Origin: Chara braunii
Lineage: Eukaryota > Plantae > Charophyceae
Direction: 5' to 3'
NCBI GenBank assembly: GCA_003427395.1
Contig: BFEA01000034.1
Location: forward strand, 2,799,153-2,863,152
DNA length: 64,000 nucleotides
Shown here: piece by piece, positions 25,318 through 36,400 of the stretch
Numbering within the stretch: the stretch's first letter is position 1
How the letters are laid out: the number at the start of each line of letters is the position of its first letter
Position numbers and translations under genes: made by a program
The notes under the pieces: generated by a model
Database searches by the model: none
What the model was told of the DNA's origin: nothing
The model's input: the letters and a program-made list of their open reading frames with translations, nothing else

Positions 25318-27826
25318 TCATCATCATCGTCAGGCTTGTCGCCGTAGCACTCGAAGAATAGGCATCATGAAAATCGCTGTCGCGATGATCGCTGACATGT
25401 TCTTGGCCAGTGACGTACCTTATCATAGGCTTCTTTCTCGACCTTATATCTTTCGCTCTCGGAAACTGCAGCCACCTCGTAGGGCTTCCTCTCCGCTTCC
25501 GGCACGGCTTTCCAAGCTTCTCCAACGAGCTTACTAAAATCTACAAACCCCAAATTGGGGTTTGCATCCTTCATCTGCGAGGAAAACGAGCACAAACGTC
25601 GTCATCAGGACTGCCTGCACTGTAGAGCGGACAAAACAAGCGCGGACTTCATGAGAGGATCCGCACAACCTTAATTCTCTCCAAGCAAAACTGGACAAGG
25701 CTGTCGAAAATTTCTGCAGCAGTCATAAAACGAACAAAGAGTAGTTTTAATATTACGTATCTCCTCCAAACAGACCGACGATGTCATAGAGTAGGACAAG
25801 GACGCGCAGCGCAGTATCCCATGAACTACGAAAAAACGCAGATTTACCATTGATAAGTTACATCATTGAAGAGGGTGGGGAAGGGGGGGGGAAGTGGGGG
25901 GAGAGGGGGGGGAGAGGGGGAGGAAGGGTTCGAAAAACGGTTATGTGGGCACGTATTCCAAGTCCTGGGAAAAACATTTACAGACAGCCCAAGTTCAACA
26001 TTGCTACAGCAGGTAGACCACATCTATACCCTCCGCTTCCATCCAACCCAATCACCTGTCATTCTGACATCCGACAGCAGGGCACTGAGTGAAAAACAAG
26101 CGCCGCAAATGAAGCTCGCCTTTCGGAAGGGGGGGGGCAAGGGGGGAAGGGCCGGGGATAAGCAAAAGTGTTATGCCACTGAAGAATCATGTAGTCAAAT
26201 AGAGAAAATTTACTCAGCTACGGATGGAGTTGGGAAATGGTGCAGTAAGAAAACTGCCCTGCCCTCCAATTCCGCTCGGCGCGCAGCCTCTCCTTCGAGC
26301 TTCAAAAGCAGTGCGCCGTGTGGGTCGGGAGAGGGGGGGGGAATCAGGAGCTGCAAATGAAGCTCACCTTTTGACGGTTGTCCTTCGCCCACAACATGAA
26401 AGCGGTGAGAGGCTGTTTAGGCTTCCTTGGATCCTTCTTCTCCGCCTTCTTGGCTTTTTCACCGCCGCCCGCCGTCGGCTGCACTGGAATCTCAACATCC
26501 TAAACGGAAACGCCATAACAACGATGTATACGCCTCCCCTGTTAGACTTTCCGGGAGAGGGAAAGAGAAGAGTCGATGTTGCGTGTCAGAACACAAGAAT
26601 CATCTCCGTCTTCGTGAACGGAGGTAACAGGCTCACGGGAAAGCGACCCAAAAGGCAAAAAACGTCGACGGAATGTAAGTCTTTAGAGTGGACCAACTGC
26701 TCTTTCCCATTCAAAAACAACGAAACATGTACTTCATCAAGAATATAATCCTGCAAACACCACCGCAGTGCACAGATACACCCTCATCATGACGTCAGAA
26801 TATTACTTTTTTTCTACACAGTCATAATGTTCCCACAGTTTCATTTTTCAAAAAAAAAAAGGCAAAAGAAAAAAAAATCCCCCACGTTCCTGGAACTATG
26901 GGCAAAAGAAAAAATATCCACCGGTTTCCTGGCGCTTGCGTTCACCACACTCGATCTTAGCATTGCACTCTTCAAGCATCTATCGCAAAAGCAGAGCGCA
27001 TGACACTAGATAAGAAGAAGAAAGAAAAAAGCAGAGCGAATAACAAAAGAGCTGATGTCCTCTTCAGGGTCTACGACCATTAGCAAAACTGTCTTACAAT
27101 CAACGGATCATAAATCAAAGCAGGGCATATTAAGCTCACTACAGTCTTCCCCCGAATACAACGTACGGTCATTATAGCTGAATTTGATGTATCTTTCAGC
27201 CTAAATTCAGCTATAATGACTGTACGTTGTATTCGGGGGAAGACTTCCCCAGGCGGAAGAGAGATCTATCTCCCGTAAAAACTGCACATAACAAGATGAT
27301 AACATCCTCTAGACGGCTCGCGAAAAGAGACACCATTCCCGACACCCAGGTATTAACAAGGTAATAACATCAATGAACAAAACCAATAGCTTCCTCGATC
27401 GAAGGCAAATCAATCAACCAGCAAGGCAACAATCGCATCGATAACGCTCACCAGCCTCGGCTCAAACGCCATCGCCGTGTTCTTTGTCTGTTTCTTCCTC
27501 ATCTGCTTGCTGGCCTCGAGCATGCTTCTGGCCTCTTCCTTTTCCAAGAGCACTTTTTCAAGCTGCGCCGTCAATGTGACAACCTCGCTCTCTAGATGCT
27601 GGTTCCGCTGCTGCAGAGCAAGTTTTCCAGGAGTGGGAGGTGGTGGCGCTTTCTCGACAGGTTTATCCACCAATTTGCTAACCGGAGCGCTTGCATTTTT
27701 CTCCTTCTGTTTACGACCGCGGCCCTTGCCAGCACGAGGAGCCGCGGTTCCCGCCTCCGAAGCCATATCTACGCCTGCTACTTCAGGAGCATTCTCTTTA
27801 TCTCCACGATTCGCCATCGACGCCAT
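18523..27826 (-). CDS. 3xHMG-box: 3xHMG-box protein (three-HMG-box plant chromosomal protein, Arabidopsis 3xHMG-box1/2-like), 12 coding exons, 497 aa
   Basis: Hand-spliced with canonical GT-AG sites and consistent phases: 27826-27452, 26499-26368, 25574-25419, 24803-24696, 24249-24215, 23277-23166, 22753-22688, 21440-21375, 20972-20844, 20125-20007, 19372-19288, 18633-18523 (1494 nt including TAA). Three HMG boxes: DPRKPKQPLTAFMLW...LVGEAWK; DPEKPKQPPSAFFLY...LLGQEWK; DPNKPKRPQTAFLLF...LTASLWK. Charged helical linkers (QEMAMQLMSQY; EKSALELLKK) and a basic/coiled-coil N-terminus with a KEN motif. Confidence 0.95.
20716..20779. repeat. 16-bp minisatellite x4 in a 3xHMG-box intron
   Basis: CCTrTTGCCGTGTTAG repeated four times. 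Confidence 0.95.
21807..22336 (+). mobile_element. 5'-truncated LINE 3' UTR insertion with poly(A) and TSD, internally duplicated, antisense within a 3xHMG-box intron
   Basis: 11-bp TSD AGACTTCACGA (21796-21806 and 22337-22347); ~30-nt poly(A); ~195-bp unit present twice (21851-22044, 22045-22243); homologous to the 3' UTR at 56660-56910. Confidence 0.9.
23866..24113 (+). mobile_element. Short LINE-tail/SINE-like insertion with poly(A), antisense within a 3xHMG-box intron
   Basis: GGGACGCTGGACCCGGTTTCCAGCAGGTGTTGCTCCCCACCAATAGATGGAGC followed by an A-run; GTACAAAACA on both flanks (23856-23865, 24122-24131) as an imperfect TSD. Confidence 0.75.
25262..25328. repeat. (CAT)n trinucleotide repeat, intronic
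   Basis: Interrupted CAT run; explains the poly-M/H/S ORFs. Confidence 0.95.
27143..27245. repeat. Near-perfect inverted repeat (43-bp arms, 17-nt loop) in 3xHMG-box intron 1
   Basis: AGTCTTCCCCCGAATACAACGTACGGTCATTATAGCTGAATTT / AAATTCAGCTATAATGACTGTACGTTGTATTCGGGGGAAGACT, one mismatch. Confidence 0.95.
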
Positions 27827-28255
27827 CTCCAAACAAATCAGGTACTCGGACGACGCGTCCCGGACTTAAGATCGAAACAACAGTGCTTACAATGACATAA
27901 AGAAAGCGAAAACCGATGAAAGAACACGTCAAGGGAAAACGCTACTTTGATGGAGGCGGTCTCTGATTTCCTTATCAACGTCCGCTCCCTCATCAGCTCA
28001 GAGACACTAGTCCTGGATATCTTGCCAGGGCAGCCTTTGTCTTCCGCTTCACCAATAGAGAACCGTCTCCCCTTCGCTTATCGATTCCAAAGCAAATTCC
28101 GCCCGCGCAACTTCAGCACCTTCTCCTTCACAGGCTTCTGTCCGACCTTGACTCGTCCGACACCGTCTTCTTGTCTCCGGTTCCTCCTCGCTGTTTCAAG
28201 TAGCCGGCCGCTGTCATCACTCACCCTTTCCCCTCTGATGTGTACCTACTGACGA

Positions 28256-28719
28256 CCCAACGGCTACGTCCACTAACACATACTGCCTGTCGCCGACTTC
28301 CTCCGGGAAGTCATGCCTCTCGATCGATACTTGCATCTCTACGTCAGCTTCTCCCGTGGGGCGCCCTTCGAGATCGACCACGCCTTAGGTACGCGAAATG
28401 GCATTTTGAAGACGGTGCGCGGGAAGAAGGCAATGGTCCCGGCCTACCAGAACCTCTGCGCTCTTACCGTCGATCTGCGTGTTCGCTATCGCGAAACCCC
28501 GTTTCCTACGTCCGATGCCTGTGTGGGGCTCCGGACCGCCAGAAGACTGTACTAACCGTTGGTCCGTTCAAATTCGTCATTTCAAATTTCAACATTGAAA
28601 GAATCACTTGTCCCGCCTTCAACCCCGCACTCTGACAACGGTGACCCGCTACCTCCCGTAATGCCTGGGCGCTGAATGTTGCAGACAGACAAACCCACCC
28701 ACTCACTCCCTTTTCCGTT
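28256..28719 (-). promoter_or_regulatory. Putative G2/M promoter of the 3xHMG-box gene: MSA (AACGG) cluster plus CHR-like TTTGAA
   Basis: CCCAACGGCT (28256-28265, full YCYAACGGYY consensus), AACCGTTGGT (28554-28563), CCGTT (28564, 28715), AACGG (28637); TTCAAA at 28567 and 28581. Confidence 0.55.
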
Positions 28720-28769
28720 TTCAGGCCAGTTTCTTCACCGCCAACTGGGCCTGAAACAGCGACCTTAAT

Positions 28770-29936
28770 GCAGCGGCCTAGCTCAGTTGGTCAGGCACGC
28801 AAGTGGCATTCAGGAGGTTGCGGGGTCGAGACCCATCCGGCCTGCGGCGCACTTAGTGCCAACCGACTGTGATAGTCCGCTTGATACCCCTGAACGGTAT
28901 TAGTAGGGTCTATGACCAACAGGGGTGTGAGTGTGAGTGTGAGCGTGAGTGGGTTGCGTGCGGTGTGTGGGAGAGTGTTGGCCATAGCCACTGTTGCTAC
29001 TGGATGGGGGGGGGAGTGGGGGAAGTAAATGGGAGGCACAGCTTCTGGCAACATGCTCAGTCTTTGCGTTATCCACCCCCCCCCACTGGTGGACCCACCC
29101 TACCCCCTGACCTCCGCCCATTAGGGCCGGGGGCAACATGAGGTAGCTAGGCTGGCAGGGGTCCCCTGTATAGGCCGAGTACTGAGAGAAGAATATAGTT
29201 TAGTTTTAGGGGGAGGAGGGGAGGGAAACTGTGACCGCACGGGGCGCGGGGGCGCAGCCAGGGGGTAGGAGATTGTACCCTTGGGGGTCACCATCAGGTC
29301 CCTGTGGAACCACCAATTCCATTACGCTAGGTCCGGGCCTAGGACCTGGGGGCCGAACCAGGCCCTTGGGACTGCCGGTAGGTCCTTGGCAAAAGGTCCC
29401 TGGGACTCCAGGTAGGTCCTTGGCCATCAGATCCCTGGGACCTGCCAGTGGGTCCTTGGCCCCGCAGCTAGGTGGCACCATGATGATACTGATGCCCAGG
29501 GCTCGGGCCGGCTTGAGGCTAGAGACAGCTTGAGGCCCGGGACTTGGGGGGGCTTGGGCACCTTAGGCGACCGGACGAGTTGCAGACACAGGCCCACAGC
29601 GGCAGGCCGTCGAACAAACTTGGTGAGGGAGACGTGGGACCAACCTGGCACTTAGCACTGCACAGTGTAAATAATCTCATATTGAGCGGTGGGACGGTGG
29701 GATCAACCTGGCACTTCGTGACAGCACAGTGGGACTATGCCCACTGGGCCATGGATGGCGATTGGCCTACCGGTAGTCTGTTTACCGCATATCCTGGAGA
29801 GGGGCTCCAGGCAAAGGCACAAAAGTGGGGTGGGATTCAGTAGGTAGGGGCTTCGTTCTACGACCCTGGACTGGACTTGAAAAGCTTAAAAAAAAAAAAA
29901 AAACGACCCTGGACTGGACTTGAAAAAGCTAAAAAA
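28770..29936 (+). mobile_element. tRNA-derived SINE-like element (long body, A-rich duplicated tail)
   Basis: A-box TAGCTCAGTTGG (28779-28790), B-box-like GGGTCGAGACCC (28823-28834); tail CGACCCTGGACTGGACTTGAAAA(A)GCT(A)n occurs twice; no clear TSD, so the 3' boundary is uncertain. Confidence 0.6.
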
Positions 29937-30522
29937 CTGCCCCGGGTAGTCTACTAGTATGTAGGAAGATTGTCGGATGGATAGTTAGGGCTACATTGGA
30001 TAAGGAGGATGAGTTGGTAATCCCAATTCCTTAGAACTGCGTTTTTATAAGGTTATGTTAGAGTGGAAGTTAAGTTTTGGGAATGGTACAGAAAGAGTAT
30101 TTGACTTAGCTGTTTAGATTCTTTCCGTTAAGCTAAACCGGCTGATGCTGCCGGGATAACTCCGCGTTGAATTGTGAGGTCCCCAGCCTCCTACATGGTT
30201 TGATTGGTAATAAGATTGCCAGTTGTTGTTGGGAAAAAAAAAAAAAAAGTTATAAAAAAAAAAAAAAAAACAAGACCCAAGTCCGATTCCGTCCGGTCCT
30301 TGGCTAAGACCGGTTGCCTCACAACCTCAACCCAGCTTTAAATCGTTCGTCGACCGAAAAAGAGAGAGGGAAAAAAAAAAAAAAAAAACGCCAGACTTGA
30401 CTCATCGACGACCAAATCGAACGACCCGCTTGCCTAAGAGCGGTCAAGTTCAGGCTCCAGTCGTCGACGAACCCTTTTTCCCTGATTTTCATTGCGCACC
30501 GAGTTTTGTCGAGCTGGGGCAG

Positions 30523-31000
30523 TTTTTCTTTTTTTTAATTAAAATTAAAAAGGTTAATTCTTTTAAGCCCAACCAATTCAATTACCTGTCGAATCTGGAC
30601 AGGACTGCCTTTCAGGCCTTTTTTATTGTCATTATAGTATTATTACGGGGAACCCCGTAGCAGCCACATCCGCGCACAAGCCTCCAACGAGGGAACATGC
30701 GGGAGCTGCACCCACCAGCAGGTACGATACCTGCTACAGCAGGTGGGCGATACCGACTAGGGGTCAGCCCGTAGCATCAGGACCGAGCTTCTTCAATGGG
30801 CCAGTCACTGTGCCTCCCCTCCGGTCCCCTCCCCCTATAAACATCAGCAGTCCCTTCTCTACTCAATGCCACTCGGGGGGACCGACGACATATCTCTAGG
30901 TGGCGGGCGCCAAGCTTGCCTAGGAAGGTACATGAGGTCAATGGGGATTGAACCCAAGACCTCCTGAATGCCACTTGCGTGCCTTAGCCAGGGCAGTTTC
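30523..31000 (-). mobile_element. Second tRNA-derived SINE-like element sharing the head of the 28770 element
   Basis: Minus strand AGGCACGCAAGTGGCATTCAGGAGGT is identical to 28793-28818, followed by B-box GGTTCAATCCC; T-rich plus-strand end at 30523-30545. Confidence 0.55.
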
Positions 31001-31491
31001 ATAGGAGAAGGAATAAAGAGGAAAAAAAAAACAAAAAAACTTGGAAGTAGTCTCTATAACCACCAGATACATTCTATGAGGTATTTGTGTGACTGTGCCC
31101 TGAGGGAGGGCGTTTATGGACGAACAACCCAAAAAAAAAAAAAAACGCCCCCCCCCCCCAAAAAAAAGCTCCCTTATTCTGTGATTGAGGGTGGGTACAG
31201 GGTGCTACAGCATCGAGACGTGCCACCCGTTAAATACGCCCTGCCTGGCTGACAGGGCACTACAACGAATGGGAACAAAAAAAAACAAAAAAAAGCAAAC
31301 TCTTCCACACATGGTTGCCAGGTACATTCCTCAAAGAACTGCTGCAACTTCCACCCTCGTGAGGGGCTTCCCCGACGTCCCTGCATTTGAAACTCTGTTT
31401 TTTTTTCCTTTTTTTTTTCTTCTTGAATCGTCGATTTTGATGACCTCCCGCTCTCCATTTTTGACCCATCCACCAATCCCCAAACGAACGA

Positions 31492-31671
31492 TCCCCCCCA
31501 CTAGTGGACCCACCCTACCCCCTGACCTCCGCCGATTAGGGCAGGGGGCAACATGAGGTAGCTAGGCTGGCAGGGGTCCCCTGTATAGGCCGAGTACTGG
31601 TAGTTACATAGTGAAAGGTGAAACTGAGAGAAAAATATAGTTTAGTTTTAGGGGGAGGAGAGGAGGGAAAC
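31492..31671 (+). repeat. Dispersed copy of an internal block of the 28770 element (29078-29229)
   Basis: GTGGACCCACCCTACCCCCTGACCTCCGCC...CCGAGTACTG...ATATAGTTTAGTTTTAGGGGGAGGAG near-identical apart from one short indel. Confidence 0.85.
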
Positions 31672-33029
31672 AAAGATTTTCATGTCAAACTAGGGCAAGT
31701 AAGAAATATGGAAGAAAAGAAAAATCTGCTGATCAATGTCATCCCACTGCCAGGAAGTGTTTTTGAGGTATGCGAACGTAGATTTCAGACCCCATCAGGT
31801 ATGCGAACGTCTGAAATCGGCCTAGACCTGATGGCAAACACGTTTTTTAGGCTTGTTCGGCAATGGCTGTACTCTAGAGCAGATGGATACTCTGGAATAA
31901 CCTGTCATAGGAGCTACCTTTACTCAGATAAGAGTAATGAAAAATGTCAAATACAAAAGTTTCACCTCCTGCGTTCTCTTTTCAAATGGCAGGCCAATAT
32001 CCACCTTGAAACTGGACTTTAAGAAATGGGAATGGCGGTCTTAAACCACCAGTACCTCGCCCAACTTAAAAAAAAGCTAGCGGTCGACAGCGAACGCAGC
32101 GATCGAGTGTGTTGGACCCCGTGCTCGTTCATGACGTGTTGATGCTGCCATGATGATTGTTATGGGGAAGAAAGGTGGAGAAGCAAGGATGGAAAAAATG
32201 GAAGCTAACAAGGGCAATGTTGGGGACCGTGAACCAGAGGTACGCAACTCAGAGACTGACGTTCGCTTGGGTAAGTGAGCCGCAACCATGGTGGACGTGC
32301 TACAGCTAAGACGTGAGTTGACCGCCTTCGTACCTGTTCGTGCAGGTGCGCTGGGTGCAGTCAGCGCAACTCTCAGGGGTAGTAATCAGCAAACAAAAAG
32401 AGAGTAACGAGGGAAACAGTATAAGAGAGAGCACGAGGTTGTTGCGAGAGTCCTGTTGGTTGTTCTTCTTTTGATCGGCAAGGAAAGGGTATTCTTCCAA
32501 AATTATTAAACCTAAAATTATTAGTTAATATTGAACCCCGCGATTGAGGAACATGCTGTTGAGCGCCTAATCACTCTGGTTGGCAGGAAAGTAGTATTGG
32601 GATTTGAGTTATTATCAATAGGACATCTTGTGATTAGGAGACACGTAGCTCGTGTATTAATGACGGGCATGCCTGCTGTAACTAAGAAGTGAGTTGGCGC
32701 ACAAGCGCGGTGGGTGTCAGCGCAACTTTCATGAGTAGTCACGAGTGGACAAGAGGAAACTGAAGAGGGTAACTGAGTGTGATGCGCCAGTGTGAATGGG
32801 TACAAAACGGGTAAGTAGGAGGCAAAAAGTGAATGAGTGAATGAGAGAAAGAGAGATTGTGATGTCGCCTGCAAGGGAGTGTGTATGGTTGAGGAGGAGA
32901 GAGAGAAGACGGGGGCAGGAAATGTTAGTAAGTGTGCGCTCGAATCAGAGAATGTGCAGAGGTGAGGAAGAGAGGCAGCAAACCAGCGGACGGTGAACTA
33001 GTGGGAAAAGTGTTAGAGAGCGAGAACAG

Positions 33030-33056
33030 TTATTATTATTATTATTATTATTGTTG

Positions 33057-33120
<64 letters not shown>
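33030..33120. repeat. (TTA)n microsatellite
   Basis: Long TTA run with a few TTG units. Confidence 0.97.
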
Positions 33121-33123
<3 letters not shown>

Positions 33124-33314
33124 AACAGCGGTGCACTTGCCTCCCCATCCAGGCCTTGTAGATGAAGCACGTCTTTCTGATTTTGAGAATAGTAAGCGAA
33201 CTTAATGGAAATAGTGTGGGGAACACTTAAGAAATCCCATGCTCTTGGCTCTAATCACGGTATGGTACAACCAGATTCAAACGCACGGCGCAAGGGAAAG
33301 AACACTAAGGAATG

Positions 33315-33361
<47 letters not shown>

Positions 33362-33400
33362 GTGAGTGAGTGAGTGAGTGAGTGAGTGAGTGAGTGAGAG
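33315..33400. repeat. (GATT)n(GAGT)n tetranucleotide repeat
   Basis: Direct inspection. Confidence 0.95.
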
Positions 33401-36400
33401 AGAGTGAGTGCGCTGATTGAGAGGGAGAGAGTGTATACATCGAGGAACGGGAACCAAAAAAAAAAGAATGAATCGGGCTTGTAGTACACACCAGATTCAT
33501 CCAAAGGAAAATAACACATGGACACACTAGTGGAAAGAGTACACCAGAAGAGGAGATATAGATACATGGACAAAGAAATGTTGACCCTTGAATAAGGATT
33601 TGGTCGCAAATTGGGCCTAGTTCGCGACAACTAAGTTTCCTCCCCGCATGTTATCGCTTGCACACATATGCTCACACACGATACAAACAAGAGGTGGCAG
33701 TAGACGAGTCCGGCCCTTGGAGTGAGACCGATCCATCCGATATGATACGGTACGGTCGCATTAAGATTGGAGCAATGTTGTTGATTCCCAATAGAGAAAG
33801 CAGAAGGGGACAACCACGAGAGATATGGTGGATAATCAGGAACAAGAAACACACGCACACGCTTTTACTCTGATAAAAGGATAAGTAAAGACTGATAATC
33901 GAATCTGGTCAAGACAGTGGTTCAGGGATATTCATTAAGAGGCTGCATATTTATACCAATGGGGTATGCATGCTCTCATGGCTCATACCAAGGTCTTTCC
34001 ATGCATGACAGCCAGCGGGTGAGAAGGTGTAGAGAGAGGGAGACAATACGAAGTCAGATGCATTTGCAAGGCCTGTTAATCCTAAGATTATTGATCCCAA
34101 AATTATGACTAGATGCGGCTGCATAGGGAACCAGACCACTTTTGCGTGAGAAAGCGACATCACGTTGTCGGCGCGAATACCCTGACAAGGGTATCCGCCC
34201 TTGTTTTTGCAAGTGACCGGAAGTACGAGTAGAGGTCAAAAGTGTACTGCGCGAAATGCGCCTAAGTCTGTTTGGTTACATATAGGTTAGATGCTTGATT
34301 AGAGTATAGCGGGTGTGGGCGCGCGTGTGATCTTTCTAAGTTGATTGATCGGCCGGCTTAGTCGGCCGGCCTGATTTTGTTGTCAGGGATAGAAGGCGTT
34401 TTCACTTCGAGTGGTTGTCTACTGGTAGGCTGCCATACGAGGTAGGGCACGAGATGGCCGCGACACGGTGGCCTAGTGACCGCATGCCTAGTTAGAAGGA
34501 ATGAGGGTCGGGCTGCGTCCCAGGCCTGGGGGTTGCACCGCACCTGTTCATATGGAATACCACGCAGGCTAATACCAGGCTTGGGCTTAGCCCTATAGGT
34601 TATGGTACCGACCTGTTACGGTGGAGGTATGGGGATCGAGGCTAGCGGGTAGAAGCATAGGAGCGTTGGAGCATTAAAGAGCTGAGGGGTGGAGTGTTTT
34701 GCAGGACTCTCCCCTTTAGTTTTGTTGGGGAGTCCGACAGTGGGCCCGATGGGCAGGACCGAGGGCGAGGTTCCAATGGTCCTTCCCCCCCCTCGGTTGT
34801 CTTGTCCCGGTCCCTTTCTTTTATTTCTCATTGCTTTATTTTTATTTATTTTTATTATTGCTTTTTTGTTTTATTTTTATTTTACTTTTTCCAGATTTGG
34901 GATACGGCCCGGTGCCGGACCGGCCGTGAAGGCCAAGAGCCTAGTTCAGTGGATACACCACTGAACTGTTGAAGAGTTAGACCTGCCCGTGGCCTGGTCC
35001 GTCGGGACATCTATAAAAACTGGGCCGATACAGAGAAGAATAGCATGGCCACCGTGCAAGGTTGACATGCATAAAGTCGGGGGAGGGGCAGCCCGACGTG
35101 CCTTGTTTTTCACTGTGATACACAGTAGTCACCGTGGCTACGATGAGCGCCGCACTAGGAGAGCGCTAGCAGCAGCGGGCGAGGCCTAGCAGCCGAGGAA
35201 TGGGGGCTATGGCGGAGCGGGGCAGCGCAGTAAAGGAGGAACGTAGGGGGCGACGGGCTTCAGCTGTAGGAAGTTAGTAGAGGAGGGGAGGTGAACCCGG
35301 ACGCAGGTCATCTCCAAGTGCATGCAGGGAAGAGGAAGGGCGCAGGGAGGAGGATTGTGGCAGCGCGTGGTGGACACGCGAGGAGATGGTGAGAGAGAGG
35401 AGAGAGAGGGAGAGGAGATGGACACACACATGAAGCAACAACTGAGTGGAGGTCCAGTCCGGCTCAATGAACGAACGAACCACTGAATGAATGAACCTGC
35501 CGCCCTGGACCTAGGCCGAAGTGATATACCGGCCTAGGTCCAGTAGCGGAATAACCTGGTACCGGACCAGGGTCAGGCCGGCGGCCTGAAACTGGTCCGG
35601 CCTCACTGCCGGGCCGGAGGGATACCGCTCCAAGGATGAAGGGGGAGTGAGTGAGGAGGAAAAACCAGAGGAACAGAGGTGGAGGAAGAGCGCAGCTACT
35701 GTGGTGTGCAGTTTGTCTCGTTTGACAGGCTGGGTAAAGTGAAAGCACCCGGACGCATTTTCGCGTCGGGTACGTCCGATACACCGAGAAACGGAGAAGG
35801 TGGAACGGTGAGTCAGGGCGCGGCCAGAAAACGGAGAGTATGCACGATACTCCATGGACGTAGGTGAATAGAGGAACTAGGTAGAGGTTTTGGGGTGGGG
35901 CGAACCCAAATCCAAAGTTAGTTTGAGTGGAGAGTTAGTAGATTAAGAGTTAGTAAGGGAAAGAGCCGCGCGGGGATGTTGAAGAAGATAGATATGGAGA
36001 AGAGGAAAATAGACGTAGCTCTTTCGTTCTTGGGCCGATTCGGGAAAGGTAAGAGTCTAAATAGGGGTTTTAACGCGTGCCGAATCAGATGGCTGCGTCA
36101 GAATCATGATTCGAGCACTGGTTTCAACGGTATGGCTTGCTAGAGCTGCGCGGTGGAGAACTCGGAGTGGCTCCGGGAAGGAATAAATCTGCTCGATTTC
36201 TAGCGGGAGATCTGTTCCCATCTTTGTTTTTTCCTATTTTCTTACTTACCTAGTGATGTTACTTACCCCCCGTGCAGTACCTTCCCCTTCCTGTCAACGT
36301 GATCCGAGTTCCTCCTTCCGGCGGTTTGACTCCCTCAGTTTGAGCAAAACTAGCCAAATCAATGGCCAGGTGGAGTTATGCCCAGGGAGCTGCAACATGC

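Noticed and set aside
28770-28845. Functional tRNA gene
   Set aside because: No canonical acceptor or anticodon stems, a degenerate T-loop, and a second copy with the same core but different flanks; fits a SINE head.
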